Source of the DNA: Eukaryota sp. TZLM1-RC
Taxonomy: Eukaryota > Protista > Metamonada: BaSk clade
Reading direction: 5' to 3'
Length of the DNA: 64,000 bases
NCBI GenBank assembly: GCA_040285825.1
Contig: JAUPSS010000004.1
Span: forward strand, 1,716,550 to 1,780,549
Position 1 is the first letter of the stretch, and each line of letters begins with the position of its first letter. Below, in pieces: positions 1 to 12,449 of this stretch. Position numbers and translations under genes: made by a program. The notes under the pieces are model-generated. The model saw only the letters and a list, made by a program, of their open reading frames with translations. It did no database searches and was not told the origin of the DNA.

Positions 1-211
1 TTGAGAGAATTAATGCTAAACATAAACATAGTAAATTCAAATAGCTGTTGTTGAGAATAAGCAAACTCAACAATTACCATCAATTAAAGATGATCAAGTT
101 ATACCAAAGTTTCGATTAGCAAGACTTTATTTAGAACAGAGCTGTGAACTGCTGTGATTCCGTCCGTGGACGATAAAACAAAAACAACTATATGATTATG
201 ACATTATTGGA

Positions 212-750
212 TTACCAGACTTCGCTATAGGCAACGGGGCGGACTTCTATGACATCAGTCACGTTGGCATCAACAATTTCTGCTGGTCTGGGGCCTTGAG
301 GAACACGCTTCAATTGATACTTTTCTAGGATTAATGATTTATATGACAATACGTTTAGTGTCCTTTGATTGTTCAGCCAATCTAAGGTTTTCGACACATC
401 GTTGACGGAATTCCTGAGCGGACTTCGATGGACGAATATGTTCTACACGAGCATGAATTCTCTTGCGGATGATACGGTGACGGACTCTTTTGTTTACTTC
501 AATACCAATGGCACGGCGAGAGATGTTCCAGACACGGCCAGTCTTACCATGGTAGTCCTTGTGAGGCATACCCTTTTGGATAGCTCCATTAACCTTAATA
601 TCAACGAGATCACCAAGGCGATATCGCTGCATATAGTTGGTAAGTGGGATTACACCATTCTTCTTGTAATCACGCTGGAACATGTAGCGAGTACCGCGTC
701 TGACACCTTGATGTTTCGTCTGAGGTGATCATATGGATGTAGCAAACCAT
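212..750 (-). CDS. RPL21: 60S ribosomal protein L21 (eL21), 3 exons
   Basis: Spliced product M|TKHQGVRRGTRYMFQRD...GDLVDIKVNGAIQKGMPHKDYHGKTGRVWN...RVEHIRPS...LKRVPQGPRPA. GT-AG introns at 720-747 and 325-352 (28 nt each) restore the frame. Confidence 0.96.
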
Positions 751-1193
751 TGTGGAAAGCTAAAAAAGGAGGAAAAAAGGGAAAATTACTTTCAGATCAA
801 ATACATTATAGTAAAATGATTGTCATAAAACAACGATTATTCTATGGGATTTTGGTCTTCTCCTTTCAGCATAAGATCAGGTTTGATGTCACAATAATTT
901 CTCCCATTGAAGACTGCTTAAGTGTTCAAACAGTGGTTTAGTGGTTGATTAGTGAAGACGAATGAGATAATACATTTATGAAGTCGCTGGTCCTGACCGA
1001 TTATGATGAAATGAAACACAATGTCATGTGGTCTCAACAATAAGGATGTGCTAAAAACAGGACACATTTCAAAGAGAACCTTTATACACATCTAAAATAC
1101 AGAGAAGTAAAGATAGTCAAAATTACACTATCTTAAACAGGAGATATTAAGAAAAGCTAATATTGCAGAAACTAAGGAATCAATCAATATTTT

Positions 1194-1514
1194 CTATGAT
1201 TCAAAGGCATCAACTTCAGCATCAAGTTCACCTTCAAAGGACTCAACTTTAGACAAAACAGATTTCAATATATCAATGTCTGATGCATAAGATTGAATAA
1301 GATTTTCGACTTCAAGCACTGTATTGGATGCTGCAGCTATATCACTTTCATGATGGGAAAGTTGAAGCGAATGAAACAAAGTGGAGAGACAATTAGTCAG
1401 TTGGAGTAATTCCTCCACTGAAACAGGTGATTGAGCTGTTGCAAAGAGAGTAGCGTCAATGCCACTCACTGTAGATAATTCATTCTCATTAAGAAGTCTG
1501 GGTTGCTTATCCAT
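1194..1514 (-). CDS. small helical/coiled-coil hypothetical protein
   Basis: 106-aa ATG ORF, divergent from the CDF gene, with an acidic heptad-like C-terminus. No recognised motif. Confidence 0.55.
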   Translation of the reverse strand: MDKQPRLLNENELSTVSGIDATLFATAQSPVSVEELLQLTNCLSTLFHSLQLSHHESDIAAASNTVLEVENLIQSYASDIDILKSVLSKVESFEGELDAEVDAFES

Positions 1515-1537
1515 TACTGAAAAGAAGAGAGGTTTGA

Positions 1538-2734
1538 ATGCAACAAAAATCCAAATTTATAATGCCCGACTTAACCCCTACAAGATCTAATTCTCGGGTC
1601 GATATTGGTGTACATGAGTCTAGTGGAGTTGTTGTAGATTTTGCTGAAATCAGCCCGGATGTTGATGAACATCTTACTGTTTCACCATCAAAACTGCTAG
1701 CGGTGCGCAAAGACGATGAGGAACTCTCCAAGATTCGTGATCCATCTATTCGCAAGTTTTACTCTCAACAAAACTGTCAAGTTGATGCCCTATTAGAGGC
1801 TCATCAGGTCACGGTCACTGACCAATCTACGCCTAATGATAACAGTGACACTGGTGGTGTCCGAACCTCCAGAGTTTCTCTTATAGCTAACATATTCCTT
1901 CTTCTTATTAAGTCTTTTGTCTTTTACGTTTCCGGCTCTTTGTCTATTTTCGCCTCAGTTTTGGACTCGTTCCTTGATTTGGTATCTGGCACGATCCTAG
2001 CATTGACTACACGAATCTCCCGTAACCATGATAAGATCAAATACCCTGCAGGAAAAAAGCGAGCTGAACCACTTGGTGTTATTGTCTTTGCCACACTCAT
2101 GGGAATTGTTTCTGTTCAGGTAATTATCGAAGCTATTCAACGTCTAATCCAATCAAGTTTCGAGGTTCAGTTTTCTATTTTGGATTTACTATTAATGGCT
2201 AGTGTAGTTCTTATCAAGCTTCTGCTTTGGCTCTATTGCCGTCAGTTTGCTTCCAAGTCCTCAGCAGCTGAAGCCCTAGCTCAAGATCACAGTAATGATG
2301 TACTTACTAACATTTTTGGTACAACATGTGCTTACTTGTCGACCATTCTCTATGGTTGGGTTGATCCTGCGGGTGCCATTGTGTTTTCTTTGTACATTCT
2401 TTATACGTGGGTTTCAACTCTATTTGAGCAAATTTCAGTTATGATGGGCAGATCGGCGTCTCCTGCACTTGTCAAGAAGTTGACCTTTGTTGCTCTTAAT
2501 CATGATCCCAGAATCACTCAACTCTGTACTGTTCGAGCCTTCCACTTTGGAAGTAACGTTTTTGTCGAGATTGATATCGTTTTGCCCCCTGAAATGCCCC
2601 TTGAAGAGGCTCATGGCATTGGAGAATCTCTGCAGAATAAGTTAGAAAAGTTGAGTGAAGTTGAAAGGGCTTTTGTTCATATCGATATTGACCCACATCA
2701 CGATGTTGAAGATGAACATGGTATTCAGCTGTGA
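1538..2734 (+). CDS. cation diffusion facilitator, Mn-CDF/MTP8-11-like
   Basis: SVLDSFLD and AQDHSND (DxxxD) metal sites, YPAGKKRAEPLG, and a C-terminal dimerisation domain VEIDIVLP...AHGIGESLQ...VERAFVHID. Confidence 0.93.
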   Translation: MQQKSKFIMPDLTPTRSNSRVDIGVHESSGVVVDFAEISPDVDEHLTVSPSKLLAVRKDDEELSKIRDPSIRKFYSQQNCQVDALLEAHQVTVTDQSTPNDNSDTGGVRTSRVSLIANIFLLLIKSFVFYVSGSLSIFASVLDSFLDLVSGTILALTTRISRNHDKIKYPAGKKRAEPLGVIVFATLMGIVSVQVIIEAIQRLIQSSFEVQFSILDLLLMASVVLIKLLLWLYCRQFASKSSAAEALAQDHSNDVLTNIFGTTCAYLSTILYGWVDPAGAIVFSLYILYTWVSTLFEQISVMMGRSASPALVKKLTFVALNHDPRITQLCTVRAFHFGSNVFVEIDIVLPPEMPLEEAHGIGESLQNKLEKLSEVERAFVHIDIDPHHDVEDEHGIQL

Positions 2735-3003
2735 TTGAGTTGATAACTATCAGTTGTGGCACTCTTTGTAGTGTTTCTTTGAGCTTACTGTAACAATATT
2801 CAACTCAATTACTCCAAATGATGTTAATTAAATTTCTTTATTGTTTTTATATTTTCTTTTTCGTTTATTTAATCAGTAAACAAAACAATCATATTTGAAA
2901 GTTTTGCATTCATAATATCTCATTGTAATGAACATATCCCCCAACAAGTTCAATTATCAACTCAAACATTTAAAAAAGTAACTATTTTTATTTTTGGTTG
3001 ATT

Positions 3004-4383
3004 CTATTTCAACATATTCAACAATAATGACGTACCCGGTACAAACAACTGCTGAATTGAAACTGGTTCTTGGTAAATTATGATATCATTTGAAGTGATC
3101 TTAAAACCAAACAGAATATGACCTTCTCTCTGTCTATCAGGGTCGTTTGCTGTGGCAGTGTAATGGATAATATCATCTACTGAACATTGCATCAACACAG
3201 CTAGTTTTGAAGTGGTGATTTTCTTAAACATTTTAACAATTTTTGAAATCTGTTTTGCTTTCAGAGAGAGTCTGGCATCTGCACAGAGTTGTTCAATCAA
3301 GGCGCTTTTGCTTGCAGTTGGCATAGTATGATTTGCTGATGATTCATCAAAAAGTTGGACTATATCGTCTTTTGCGATAACCGAAAATATACATTCTTGA
3401 CACATAGATGACACAATCCCAAGCAAGGTATTGTCCTCTAGTCTATGAATTTTAGGGGAAAGAAGCTGTGATCCTTCGCCCATCAAAGGATTCACATTTC
3501 TTGGAACCATCTTGTGTTTGTTCAGCAATTCCAACTTTCCAAGCAAGAAGTCCGTAAATTGGCAATTATCAATCCAACACGAGTAAAAAACTGCCAAGTG
3601 TAGCATCTTACCCACCCAATAAAAATCATGAAGTCTAAAATCAATGCAGAAAAGAGACAACTTCTTCATGAATAGAACAATAACATTTGCTCCTTCGATA
3701 AATTTCATTTCCATGATGCAAGTCCATATGTAAGCAAACGAAGCAACAGAAATAATCTCAAAATTGTGACGTGTCCAAAGGTCATTAGTACTAATAACAT
3801 CGGACAGTACATCATGACATTCAACATAATTCTCAGTAATCAAGTAACAGTACGATAATGAGACTGTAAAACTGAGCTTAAAAGGGAAATCTTCAGCACT
3901 GTTGAGCAGATCTTTCAAAACAACAATAAGGGACTGTAACGAAATCTTTTGAAACTCACCGTGATGGTCATGGGTGAATGTGAACTGAAGAGGATTCACA
4001 GTAGTAATTTTGTTGTGTAACTTTGTAACAAAATCTATTGCACTTGTAACTATTTTCCAAACAATACCTTCAGCGAAACAGTGGCCATATTCTTGTAACA
4101 TAGTTAACATTGATAAGAGCATTTCCCAATAGATCCTAGACTCTGATGCTGAAAATTCCTTAGATTTAAAGAGATGATTGAATAACACTATTGACATGGT
4201 GGATCGTGCCATCTGTTGTACATCCTCCTTTTCCTTACCAAACTCTACATTTAGAAATGTGTCAAGCATTTCTGTTGAGTTAATTAATTCATCAAGGTTT
4301 TCTGTTATTTTGAAATATGCAAGCGACACTGCTTGTCTGTCATGGTTCCTGATACCGTCAAGAAGGTCATTATAGTGCTGCAT
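3004..4383 (-). CDS. divergent PCI-domain protein, eIF3 subunit L-like
   Basis: 459-aa helical ORF. The C-terminus ISKIVKMFKKITTSKLAVLM...FGFKITSNDIII resembles the eIF3L PCI winged helix. Confidence 0.5.
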   Translation of the reverse strand: MQHYNDLLDGIRNHDRQAVSLAYFKITENLDELINSTEMLDTFLNVEFGKEKEDVQQMARSTMSIVLFNHLFKSKEFSASESRIYWEMLLSMLTMLQEYGHCFAEGIVWKIVTSAIDFVTKLHNKITTVNPLQFTFTHDHHGEFQKISLQSLIVVLKDLLNSAEDFPFKLSFTVSLSYCYLITENYVECHDVLSDVISTNDLWTRHNFEIISVASFAYIWTCIMEMKFIEGANVIVLFMKKLSLFCIDFRLHDFYWVGKMLHLAVFYSCWIDNCQFTDFLLGKLELLNKHKMVPRNVNPLMGEGSQLLSPKIHRLEDNTLLGIVSSMCQECIFSVIAKDDIVQLFDESSANHTMPTASKSALIEQLCADARLSLKAKQISKIVKMFKKITTSKLAVLMQCSVDDIIHYTATANDPDRQREGHILFGFKITSNDIIIYQEPVSIQQLFVPGTSLLLNMLK

Positions 4384-4482
4384 GTGGGGAAGGTGAAATT
4401 AAAAGTGTACCAAGCAACCATCTAAATGGGTTTCTTTCACGATGAATAATGAATATTTATACAAGACAACAAAACTAAATTT

Positions 4483-5043
4483 CTAACACAGAGGGTCAAA
4501 GTACGAACTGAAGAAGAAAACACGCTTGTGATTGAAGAAGTTGAGACAGCTACCACCAATACAATATTCAAACACAAATCCATTCCTCAAGCACCAAGTA
4601 TTATTGCCAGAGGAATAAATCATACAGTGCCGTGTTCCAAATAAGGATGGTATCTCATTTTTTCCTGTTTCGACTACATCATTTGGCATTGGTTGTAGAA
4701 TGCTGCCTATTATATTTTTACAAGAAGTTGAACTCTTAACACATGGAGGTAAAGTGGTCAACACATCGTCAATACACAATGTTTGAACACCACCAACCTT
4801 TCTATATAGAGATAGATATTCCAAGTCAAATGCACAAGAGAAAGAAACGGCTTGGAAGCCCGAATCATTGACATCTGCATAAAATTGCTGCTTCATTGGA
4901 CCTCCCCTGTCAACAAAATAGAAAAGTAGCCATCCAGTCCATAATATGAAAACAACGGTTAAGAATATGATTAAATTACGTCTAGTGTAAAGGGAAGGTT
5001 TAATAGCTTTAAGAGGAGGAGGCTTGGCACTGGAAGGGCGCAT
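4483..5043 (-). CDS. hypothetical type II membrane protein
   Basis: N-terminal basic stretch, one TM segment (LIIFLTVVFILWTGWLLFYF), then a Cys-containing luminal part. Confidence 0.55.
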   Translation of the reverse strand: MRPSSAKPPPLKAIKPSLYTRRNLIIFLTVVFILWTGWLLFYFVDRGGPMKQQFYADVNDSGFQAVSFSCAFDLEYLSLYRKVGGVQTLCIDDVLTTLPPCVKSSTSCKNIIGSILQPMPNDVVETGKNEIPSLFGTRHCMIYSSGNNTWCLRNGFVFEYCIGGSCLNFFNHKRVFFFSSYFDPLC

Positions 5044-5122
5044 CTTTTAGCATTACTCCTTATTGTTCTGTTTTTTGCTCTTGTCTCAAAGTTATCACTG
5101 CCTCTCAACTTTATACAACTTT

Positions 5123-6139
5123 ATGACCATTGTGGGCAAACTTAGGTCCATGGTGTCTAAAACCCATCGTAGATATCAAGATGGTGAGTTTGATCTTGAC
5201 TTAACTTATGTGACCCCATCCATTATAGCAATGGGCTTTCCTGCTGCTGGACTGCAAAGTGCGTGGCGTAACGACCTTACTCAAGTCTCCCAAATGCTCA
5301 ACAAATACCATCCTAATCATTACATGCTTTTCAATCTCTCTGAAATGACCTATCATTATGAAGCTTTTGGAGACTGTGTGCTAGAATTTGGTTTTCCTGA
5401 TCACCATCCCCCCACGTTATCTCAACTTTTCTCCATTGTTTCTTCCATGCATCAATGGCTTAAAGTAGATCCTCTCAATGTGGCCGTGGTTCATTGCAAG
5501 GCAGGGAAGGGAAGGACTGGAGTAGTCATCTCATCTTATCTCTTATTCTCTCGTCATGTATCTTCATCTGAAGATGCTTTACTAGCTTTTGCCTCAGCCC
5601 GCAGTTGTGCTTCTGTTGGTGTTCAAAATCCTTCCCAAGTCCGTTATGTCAAATACTTTGAAGATGCACTTTGCAAAAGAATTTCCCTTTCTCCGAAATC
5701 ACTTTTACTAAATTCAGTGGTCATGCCCTTACCCAAACGGTTGAATGATTATAAGCATTTACTTTTAGAGGTGTACGAAGGGTATACATTAGTGTCCAGT
5801 ATACCTGTTCAATTTGTCAATAGTGGAGAAGTTTGTTTTTGTCAGTTCTTCCCTACGAGTTCTCTGGTTTTGACTAATGATCTATTGTTTAAAATTTATG
5901 ATGTTAAGAAAAACAAGAAAATTTTGAGAGTTGGTTTGCACACTTCTTTCATATCGGAAAGTGTTCAATCAGGTACGTTACCAGTTATTTATAAATGTGA
6001 TCGGTCAGATCTAGATGGTCCCCATAAGTCTGATATTTTTGATGTTGATTTTTATTTAGAGCTTAGATTTACTCGTTGTGACTCTAATGACACCCAGAGT
6101 GATCCAGAATGGTTTACTAGTGTGTTATCCAAGAGATGA
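5123..6139 (+). CDS. PTEN: PTEN-like phosphoinositide phosphatase with C2 domain
   Basis: RRYQDGEFDLDLTYVT, IIAMGFPA, FPDHHPP, catalytic HCKAGKGRTG, PSQVRYV. Likely ATG at 5123. Confidence 0.9.
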   Translation: MTIVGKLRSMVSKTHRRYQDGEFDLDLTYVTPSIIAMGFPAAGLQSAWRNDLTQVSQMLNKYHPNHYMLFNLSEMTYHYEAFGDCVLEFGFPDHHPPTLSQLFSIVSSMHQWLKVDPLNVAVVHCKAGKGRTGVVISSYLLFSRHVSSSEDALLAFASARSCASVGVQNPSQVRYVKYFEDALCKRISLSPKSLLLNSVVMPLPKRLNDYKHLLLEVYEGYTLVSSIPVQFVNSGEVCFCQFFPTSSLVLTNDLLFKIYDVKKNKKILRVGLHTSFISESVQSGTLPVIYKCDRSDLDGPHKSDIFDVDFYLELRFTRCDSNDTQSDPEWFTSVLSKR

Positions 6140-7224
6140 TTGATTATTTATTGATTATTTGATTGATTATTGTATTTTTGTTTATTTAGATTTTTTTATT
6201 CTTGTTTGTATATATTTTTAATTCTAATTATGCGACTTTCAGATCAGAAAGTAAATCAATTACAATTCTTTTGTGAATTTTTTTCAAAATGCATCCACCT
6301 TTTCGATTATCGGAAACAAACATTATAAATTAATATATTTATATTTTGTACCATGTCAACTAACTTTGAATTTTCCATCAAATAATCATTATTTTGGAAT
6401 TTGAGGTGAACTTTTCGCTTATTACAATCCACACCAAACTGCAGTTTAAATAGATTTCTCGATTGTTAAGCGAAGAAAGCATTGTTGCTTGGTAACCAGA
6501 ATTTCTTCAGTGTTTCCCCAAAATTTCAAATCTGTACGTTTTTTTTGATTTTTGCAATGTATTTTTTGAGTGTACTAGTTGTATTGTTGACACTCTTGCT
6601 GGACGAATTGTTGAATATATTGCATTAAGTACTTTTTATCAAAAAATTTCCGTTATTTGTTAAGTTAATAGTTTATTGACAACATTTTCGGAAACAAAAT
6701 AAATGAAAATGGGTGAACAATTGAGAAAACACCAATGAACATAAAATGCGTTTTGTGGCGTTAGGGTTAGATTAAGGGGTTTCCCTAATTTTTCTTATGA
6801 GGAACTTGTCCGCATTTCAGAGGGGATTTTCTATTTTTGAATCAAGATGTTTAGATCATTCATAGAATTGTAAATAAAAAGTGTTAACAAAAATTCAAAA
6901 ATGGCTTGTACAAGAGCTGAAGTAGAGATATCTCTATCAGTACTGATTGAAGGAAACCCAAAGTTAAAATTTTGGGTTATAGTTATCAAGTTCATAAGAA
7001 CTGATTCAGGTTGAAAAAACTGTTTTTAGGATTAAGCAAATTAATTTAGGGAAAATTAGTTTTGTACCATTAAAAGACTTTTAAAATTACCTTCATACCA
7101 CCATAATTGTTTTTATACCACCGCTGCTCTATAATGTATTCTTTAAATATCGCTTCCTTGAAGAAAGAGTCTACATTCAAGGATAAGAAAAGCTTTCCAC
7201 TACGACTTATACACGACAGTCTTC

Positions 7225-7689
7225 TTGAAAGTGGTGAGATCAAATACACTCATAGTGACAAGTTACGATGTCGAGCTTCTTGCTGCCAAATGTCCTGTGA
7301 ATTCTCTGTTACGACTGTTAGAAGAACAACTGTTCCCTCTTGCATATGCGATTGTTGATATTGAAAACGATGTCAACTGGAAGTATTTTCTTCATTTATT
7401 GAAGGAAAGCCTAAAAGAACCTCATCTTGTTATTTTGTCTGATCGTCACCCGTCTATTTTAAAAACTGTAAAAAAGATGTTTGAAAATGATGTAGCGCAT
7501 GCTTACTGTCTGAGACATTTGTGTGCAAACTTTTGCAAATATTACAAGGAAAAAGGTCTGGAAGGTTATATATGGGAAGCAGCAGAGGCTGTAAAGGATG
7601 CAGACTATTTTGTAGCGCTGCAAAAGATCGACAACGTCAAAGCGCGAGAAGAACTCGATTCAATTAGGGAACATAGTATAATATCATAG
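7225..7689 (+). mobile_element. Mutator (MULE) transposase fragment
   Basis: LFPLAYAIVDIEN...WKYFL..LK...ILSDRH..I...AHAYCLRHL is the MULE DDE core. The flanks are degraded. Confidence 0.8.
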
Positions 7690-8181
7690 GATAACATCAT
7701 TACAGACAGAGAAAAGAGATCAGTGTCAATCAATCAGAATCTCACCATGGTAGAAAACCAATTATAGTCATGAAAACGTGCAGTGATTTTCTATACTATT
7801 TCAAACAGTAGTACAAAAACAATTTTGATTTAGAATGAATGGTATAAAAAATTGCCCCATTAATTTATTTATTCATTCATCATTCAGAAAAAGCAGGAAC
7901 GAGATTTTGAGTGTAACAAATTCAACGATTTGACAATAGGAAGTATTTGACATGCTTTTCAGGACTAAGGTGAATCAAATTCGTTTTTCATGACATCAAA
8001 ACCCCTTGTGCTTCAATCACATTAACGAATCATGAGTTATGAAGGACTCGCTAATGTACTCCGTGGTAATAGGATTGTTTTGTTCACTATGTAACATCAA
8101 TATGTAATCTCTTGTTCAACTGAAAGTAGGAAACTGACGAATTATAAAACATTGTCCAAGAAAGTACCAATTATGTGGATG

Positions 8182-8260
8182 TGTTGCCTAAAGTCTATTG
8201 TAGTAAAGAAAAGTCTGATTTATTTTCTATTCATATTATATAAGCCTTAGGGCGCCAACA
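8182..8260 (-). repeat. 3' LTR (79 bp)
   Basis: Direct repeat of 12024-12103 with TG...CA ends. Confidence 0.92.
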
Positions 8261-11200
8261 CTGCTTCTTCCCTTTTTCAAAATAAATCAGTTTATATGAA
8301 TATGAAATAAAAACTATGTACAAATAACGAAATAACTATAATAAATGCCTATAATCGATATACTATAAATAATCGATATAAACTAAGAATTAGCTCCTTT
8401 TCCTAATTTTACTACTACGTCTAGGCTTCTTAGAAGGCGTAGACTCATTGGAGGTACCTTGTCGTCGACTAGTGGTACGTTTTCCCATTTTCTTATTATC
8501 CTTACTAAATAACTTCTAAGCTTCTGAGTGTTTAACTGAATGGAGTGGCTCTTCCGTTGTCTCACCGCCAAACCACTGAAAAGTACAGAAACTACTGAAT
8601 CAGAGTGGTATTCTGAGAGGATTTTCTCTATAACGTGTTTTTCGGAATCGCCTGCAGCGACTGCCTTGAAGAACTCAATGTCCTGTGGATTTTCTGCGTT
8701 ATAGATTTTGCAATCTTTCTTGGCAGCTTTTAATTCTGTGCCAGTAAGATTCTTCAATAATAAAGTGGTTCTGGAAGAAAGGTCAATAACTAAATATGGT
8801 CAATTCCAAGATCCATACAATTTATTATTTTGCTTGGTTTTACGTAAGACGTAGTCACCAATATTAAATGCTAAAAAACACAAATTAGTATTATCTACTG
8901 CAGACGGAGTATTTAATGTTTGGTGACGCTCTGCTTCATCCCTTTTTTCTTGTAGACGAGTGTTTTTCATTTTGGTGTCATCTAATAAGGGGATATTAGT
9001 TTCAAATTTGGATAAATAACCTAATATATTAGCAGGGTCTGTTCTTGGGCTAATCGAAGAACCGAACATGAATTCGTATGGGGTAAAACCAGTTTTTCTG
9101 CTTTTAGTAGAATTTATTAATAGTTGGAATATAGGTACGTATGTAGACCAATTTCCGTAATCGTTGAAATCTATTAATAGTTTCCTTAAGCATTGAAGAA
9201 CGTCTCTATGTTTGCGTTCTACAAGTCCATTACTTTCTGAATAGTGGGGAATTGAGTTACTTATCTCAATTGCTAATCTGTTACACACTATTTTGAAAGT
9301 CTCATTGGCGAACTCAGGTCCATGATCACTATGAATTAACATAGGTATGCCAAAGATAGCGCAAACATTCCAAATTAAGGCATCTGCGGTTTCTAAGGCA
9401 TTAGGTTCTTTTAAAGGGACTAAAATTGTATATCCAGTAAAAGAGTCTAAATATACTAATAGATATTTATTTCCTTCGTTGTTAGAATTTAGGGGTCCAA
9501 TTGTGTCGACGTTTAATCTGGCAAAAGGACGATCTGCCTATAGAGATCCTGTGGAAGGTGTTTTTGATCTTTTAACTGGAGCCGTTGTTTGACAAGTTGG
9601 GCATCTTTTGACATGATTAATTAGGTCCTTTCTCTTATTGGGCCGGTAGAAATCGCTTTTGGATAGTTTGTGCAAACTATCTTTTTTGCTAGAGTGACCA
9701 GATTGAACCAAACCATGTATTAATAATAGTGCCTGTTTTCTGAGGCTCTTTGGAATCAAAATTTTATTTTTATTATTTTTCCAAATTTGAGTATTTTCAT
9801 CTAGAATTGCAATTTCAAATAAAGAGTCATTGTTGTTTTTGGCTATTTGTTGTTCAGATCTTATTTTAGAGAACCAAGAAGAAAAATGGGTAAGTCTTGG
9901 TGTCTACTTAAAGATGAAATTGATGGGATATCTTCGAAGTCCGAATCAGAATCATCCTCTAATGGAGGTATCTCGTAATTCGAAAGTAAAGTATCTGGTA
10001 TGTTTATACTACAAATAGAAGGAGTTTCCTCGTTTTGATCCAAATCAATATTTCTCGATAACATATCTGCACAATGGTTATCTTCACCAGGTTCATGGAC
10101 TATGTCAAAGTCGAATTCAGATAGTATCGGCAGCCATCTCTTTACAATTCTATTTTTCCCTTGGGCTGTGGCCAGGAATGCAATGTTTTTGTGATCAGTG
10201 AAAACTGTTAAATGTCTAGTTAATAGGTAGCTTTCTGAACAACTTTCAGTTAAGATCAAGAGTATTGCATATAGTTCTTTCTGTAAAGTGGACCATTTTC
10301 TTTGTGTTTCTGTAAGTAATCTACTATAGAATGACAAAGGTTTCACTTTCCTTTTATTTAGCGGGGTTCCTTCAGGGGAGTAGGGTTCAATTTCTTGCCA
10401 AATTACGCCTCCTACTGCTACATCTGAAGCGTCAGTACTTATTAATACTCGCTTGCCCGGAGCTGGTAATTCAAGGGGCATGTGGTTTACTATTAAGTCT
10501 TTTATTTGATTTAAGTAATCGTCATGCTTGCTAGTCCATTTGATAATTCTAGGTTCTCCTTTTATTAACTCGTTAATGGGAGCTATTAATTCAGCAATTC
10601 CAGGAAGCCAATCTCTTATGTAGTTAATTGATCCGACCAAGGAGCGAACCTCTTTCACTGTTCTTGGTCTGGGTATTTTCTTAAGGGCTTCAATTTTTTT
10701 CTTGCTGATGAACCTAGTTTTGTTCTGGAAGGTACTTCCGCATATGTCAATGGGGTGTTTGGCTGTTACGAATTTGCATTTTCGTTCACCAATGTTGACC
10801 CGTCTTTTCCTGGCGCATTCGAGGACTCTTTGTAGTCGTTTGTAGAATTCATCGAATGAAGTACCGACTATTATAATGTCGTCTATGTATATGACAACGC
10901 CGTCTATTTGACAAATTTCCATCATTACATTATGAAATGCTGCTGGGATATTCTTTAAACCCAAACAGCCTCTTTTGAACATAATGGACCTTCCAGGTAT
11001 TGAAATTGATGTTTTTTAATATCTGTTTCTGCTACATTCATTTGCCAGAAAGCTTTTGGTAAATCAAGTGTGGCAATGTAGTCAGCTCTGCTTAAAAATT
11101 TTAATATGTCACTAACACCATTCTTGTTGAGCCCAACCTTCCAAGGATCTCCGATGTGCTGGTAATTCTCTCCTAAGCGAACTACATAGGCACCCTTGAC

Positions 11201-12023
11201 CTCCCCAAAGCCTTTTGGCAACTCAAAATTGCTGAAAAGGATTGGCAGAAAACGGCCCTGAGCATTCCCGGCAAAAGCATCATGTTCAAACGTGCAGCTT
11301 TTGGCCTCAAGAATGTCCCAGCCGTTTTTCAAAACGTCATGGCTGACCCTTTATGAGTTCATTCCTTTCATTGAGGGGAATTTCCAATACCTTTTGGGTA
11401 TCCCCAATCATTCCGAGGGTCTGGAAACCAACGTTTCTGCCTCTTTTTTGAATGTAACTCCATAAAGGGGGAAGCTGCTCGAACAGACAGAAATCTGTTG
11501 GTTCGAGGTAAGCCTCTGCATCCTCTCTTAATAACTTGTAGAACCCGTCGGAAGAGTCGTCTTCTCCCTCCATTTCATCCAGTTGAGATTGAATTTCTTC
11601 ATATTCTCCTAATGGGGAAGACGTGTCTAAGGTGGGATTTCCATCCGTTTTTTTTTGAGACAGGTTCTGGAATTGGGAGGGGAGAAGGAGCCGGGTCCGT
11701 TCTCGTTGCCTCTTCCATTGCTTTGAGGGGAGAGGGAGCTGAGTCCGTTCTCGTAACCTCTTCTGTTGCTGAAGATGGAGGGACCTCGTCCACTCTTTCA
11801 TCTTCTTCTATTTTAAGGGAGGGGGAGGTGGGATCCGGGTCCGTTGCCTCGTTACCCTCTATATCATGTATATGTGTCGCTGGTACCTGCTGCATAATAA
11901 GTGGGGGATTAGAGTCAGAGATATCTTGTTGGAAGATGTCTGACATGCTGTAAAGTGTCTGGGGATGTTCACTAATGCTGAAGTTATGGTATACCTTTTG
12001 ATTTTAAAATGGCCAATAATTAT

Positions 12024-12103
12024 TGTTGCCTAAAGTCTATTGTAGTAAAGAAAAGTCTGATTTATTTTCTATTCATATTATAAAAGCCTTAGGGGCGCCA
12101 ACA
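12024..12103 (-). repeat. 5' LTR (80 bp)
   Basis: Direct repeat of 8182-8260, followed by the GATG TSD. Confidence 0.92.
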
Positions 12104-12449
12104 GATGTACTCAAATCGAATCAAAAACATAGAACAAGCAGTTAGTTACTGGATGAGCTAAAGCATATAGAAATCGGATACTTGTCATAGTTGTTGATCC
12201 ATTGTTTATATTTCAGAGAACATCATCAGATACAGGACGTTTTTGTTGAATTAGTTCCAAAAGTTTGTTGAAAAAAACAGTGAAGAAATGGGTTGGAGTG
12301 ACAGTCTTTCCACATTTACAAATTAAACCATGTGAAAATTATCAGGCCAAATCAAAGATCGAAGACGCATAGATAATAAAAAGCAAGGGTCAACTAGAAA
12401 CAAACCATAAATTCTTGGAACTTGATTAATTAAACAAGACGCAGAACTA

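Larger units (their letters stand above)
8182..12103 (-). mobile_element. Ty3/Gypsy LTR retrotransposon, defective (partial RT, RNase H, integrase, chromodomain-like end)
   Basis: Near-identical LTRs at 8182-8260 and 12024-12103 (TGTTG...CAACA), GATG target duplication, and a polypurine tract at 8261-8277. RT LDLPKAFWQ and YIDD, RNase H TDASD, integrase HSDHGPEF...SNGLVER. Order is RT-RH-INT. Confidence 0.93.

Noticed and set aside
6761-6780. TTAGGGTTAG telomere-like motif
   Set aside because: Fewer than two units; not an array.
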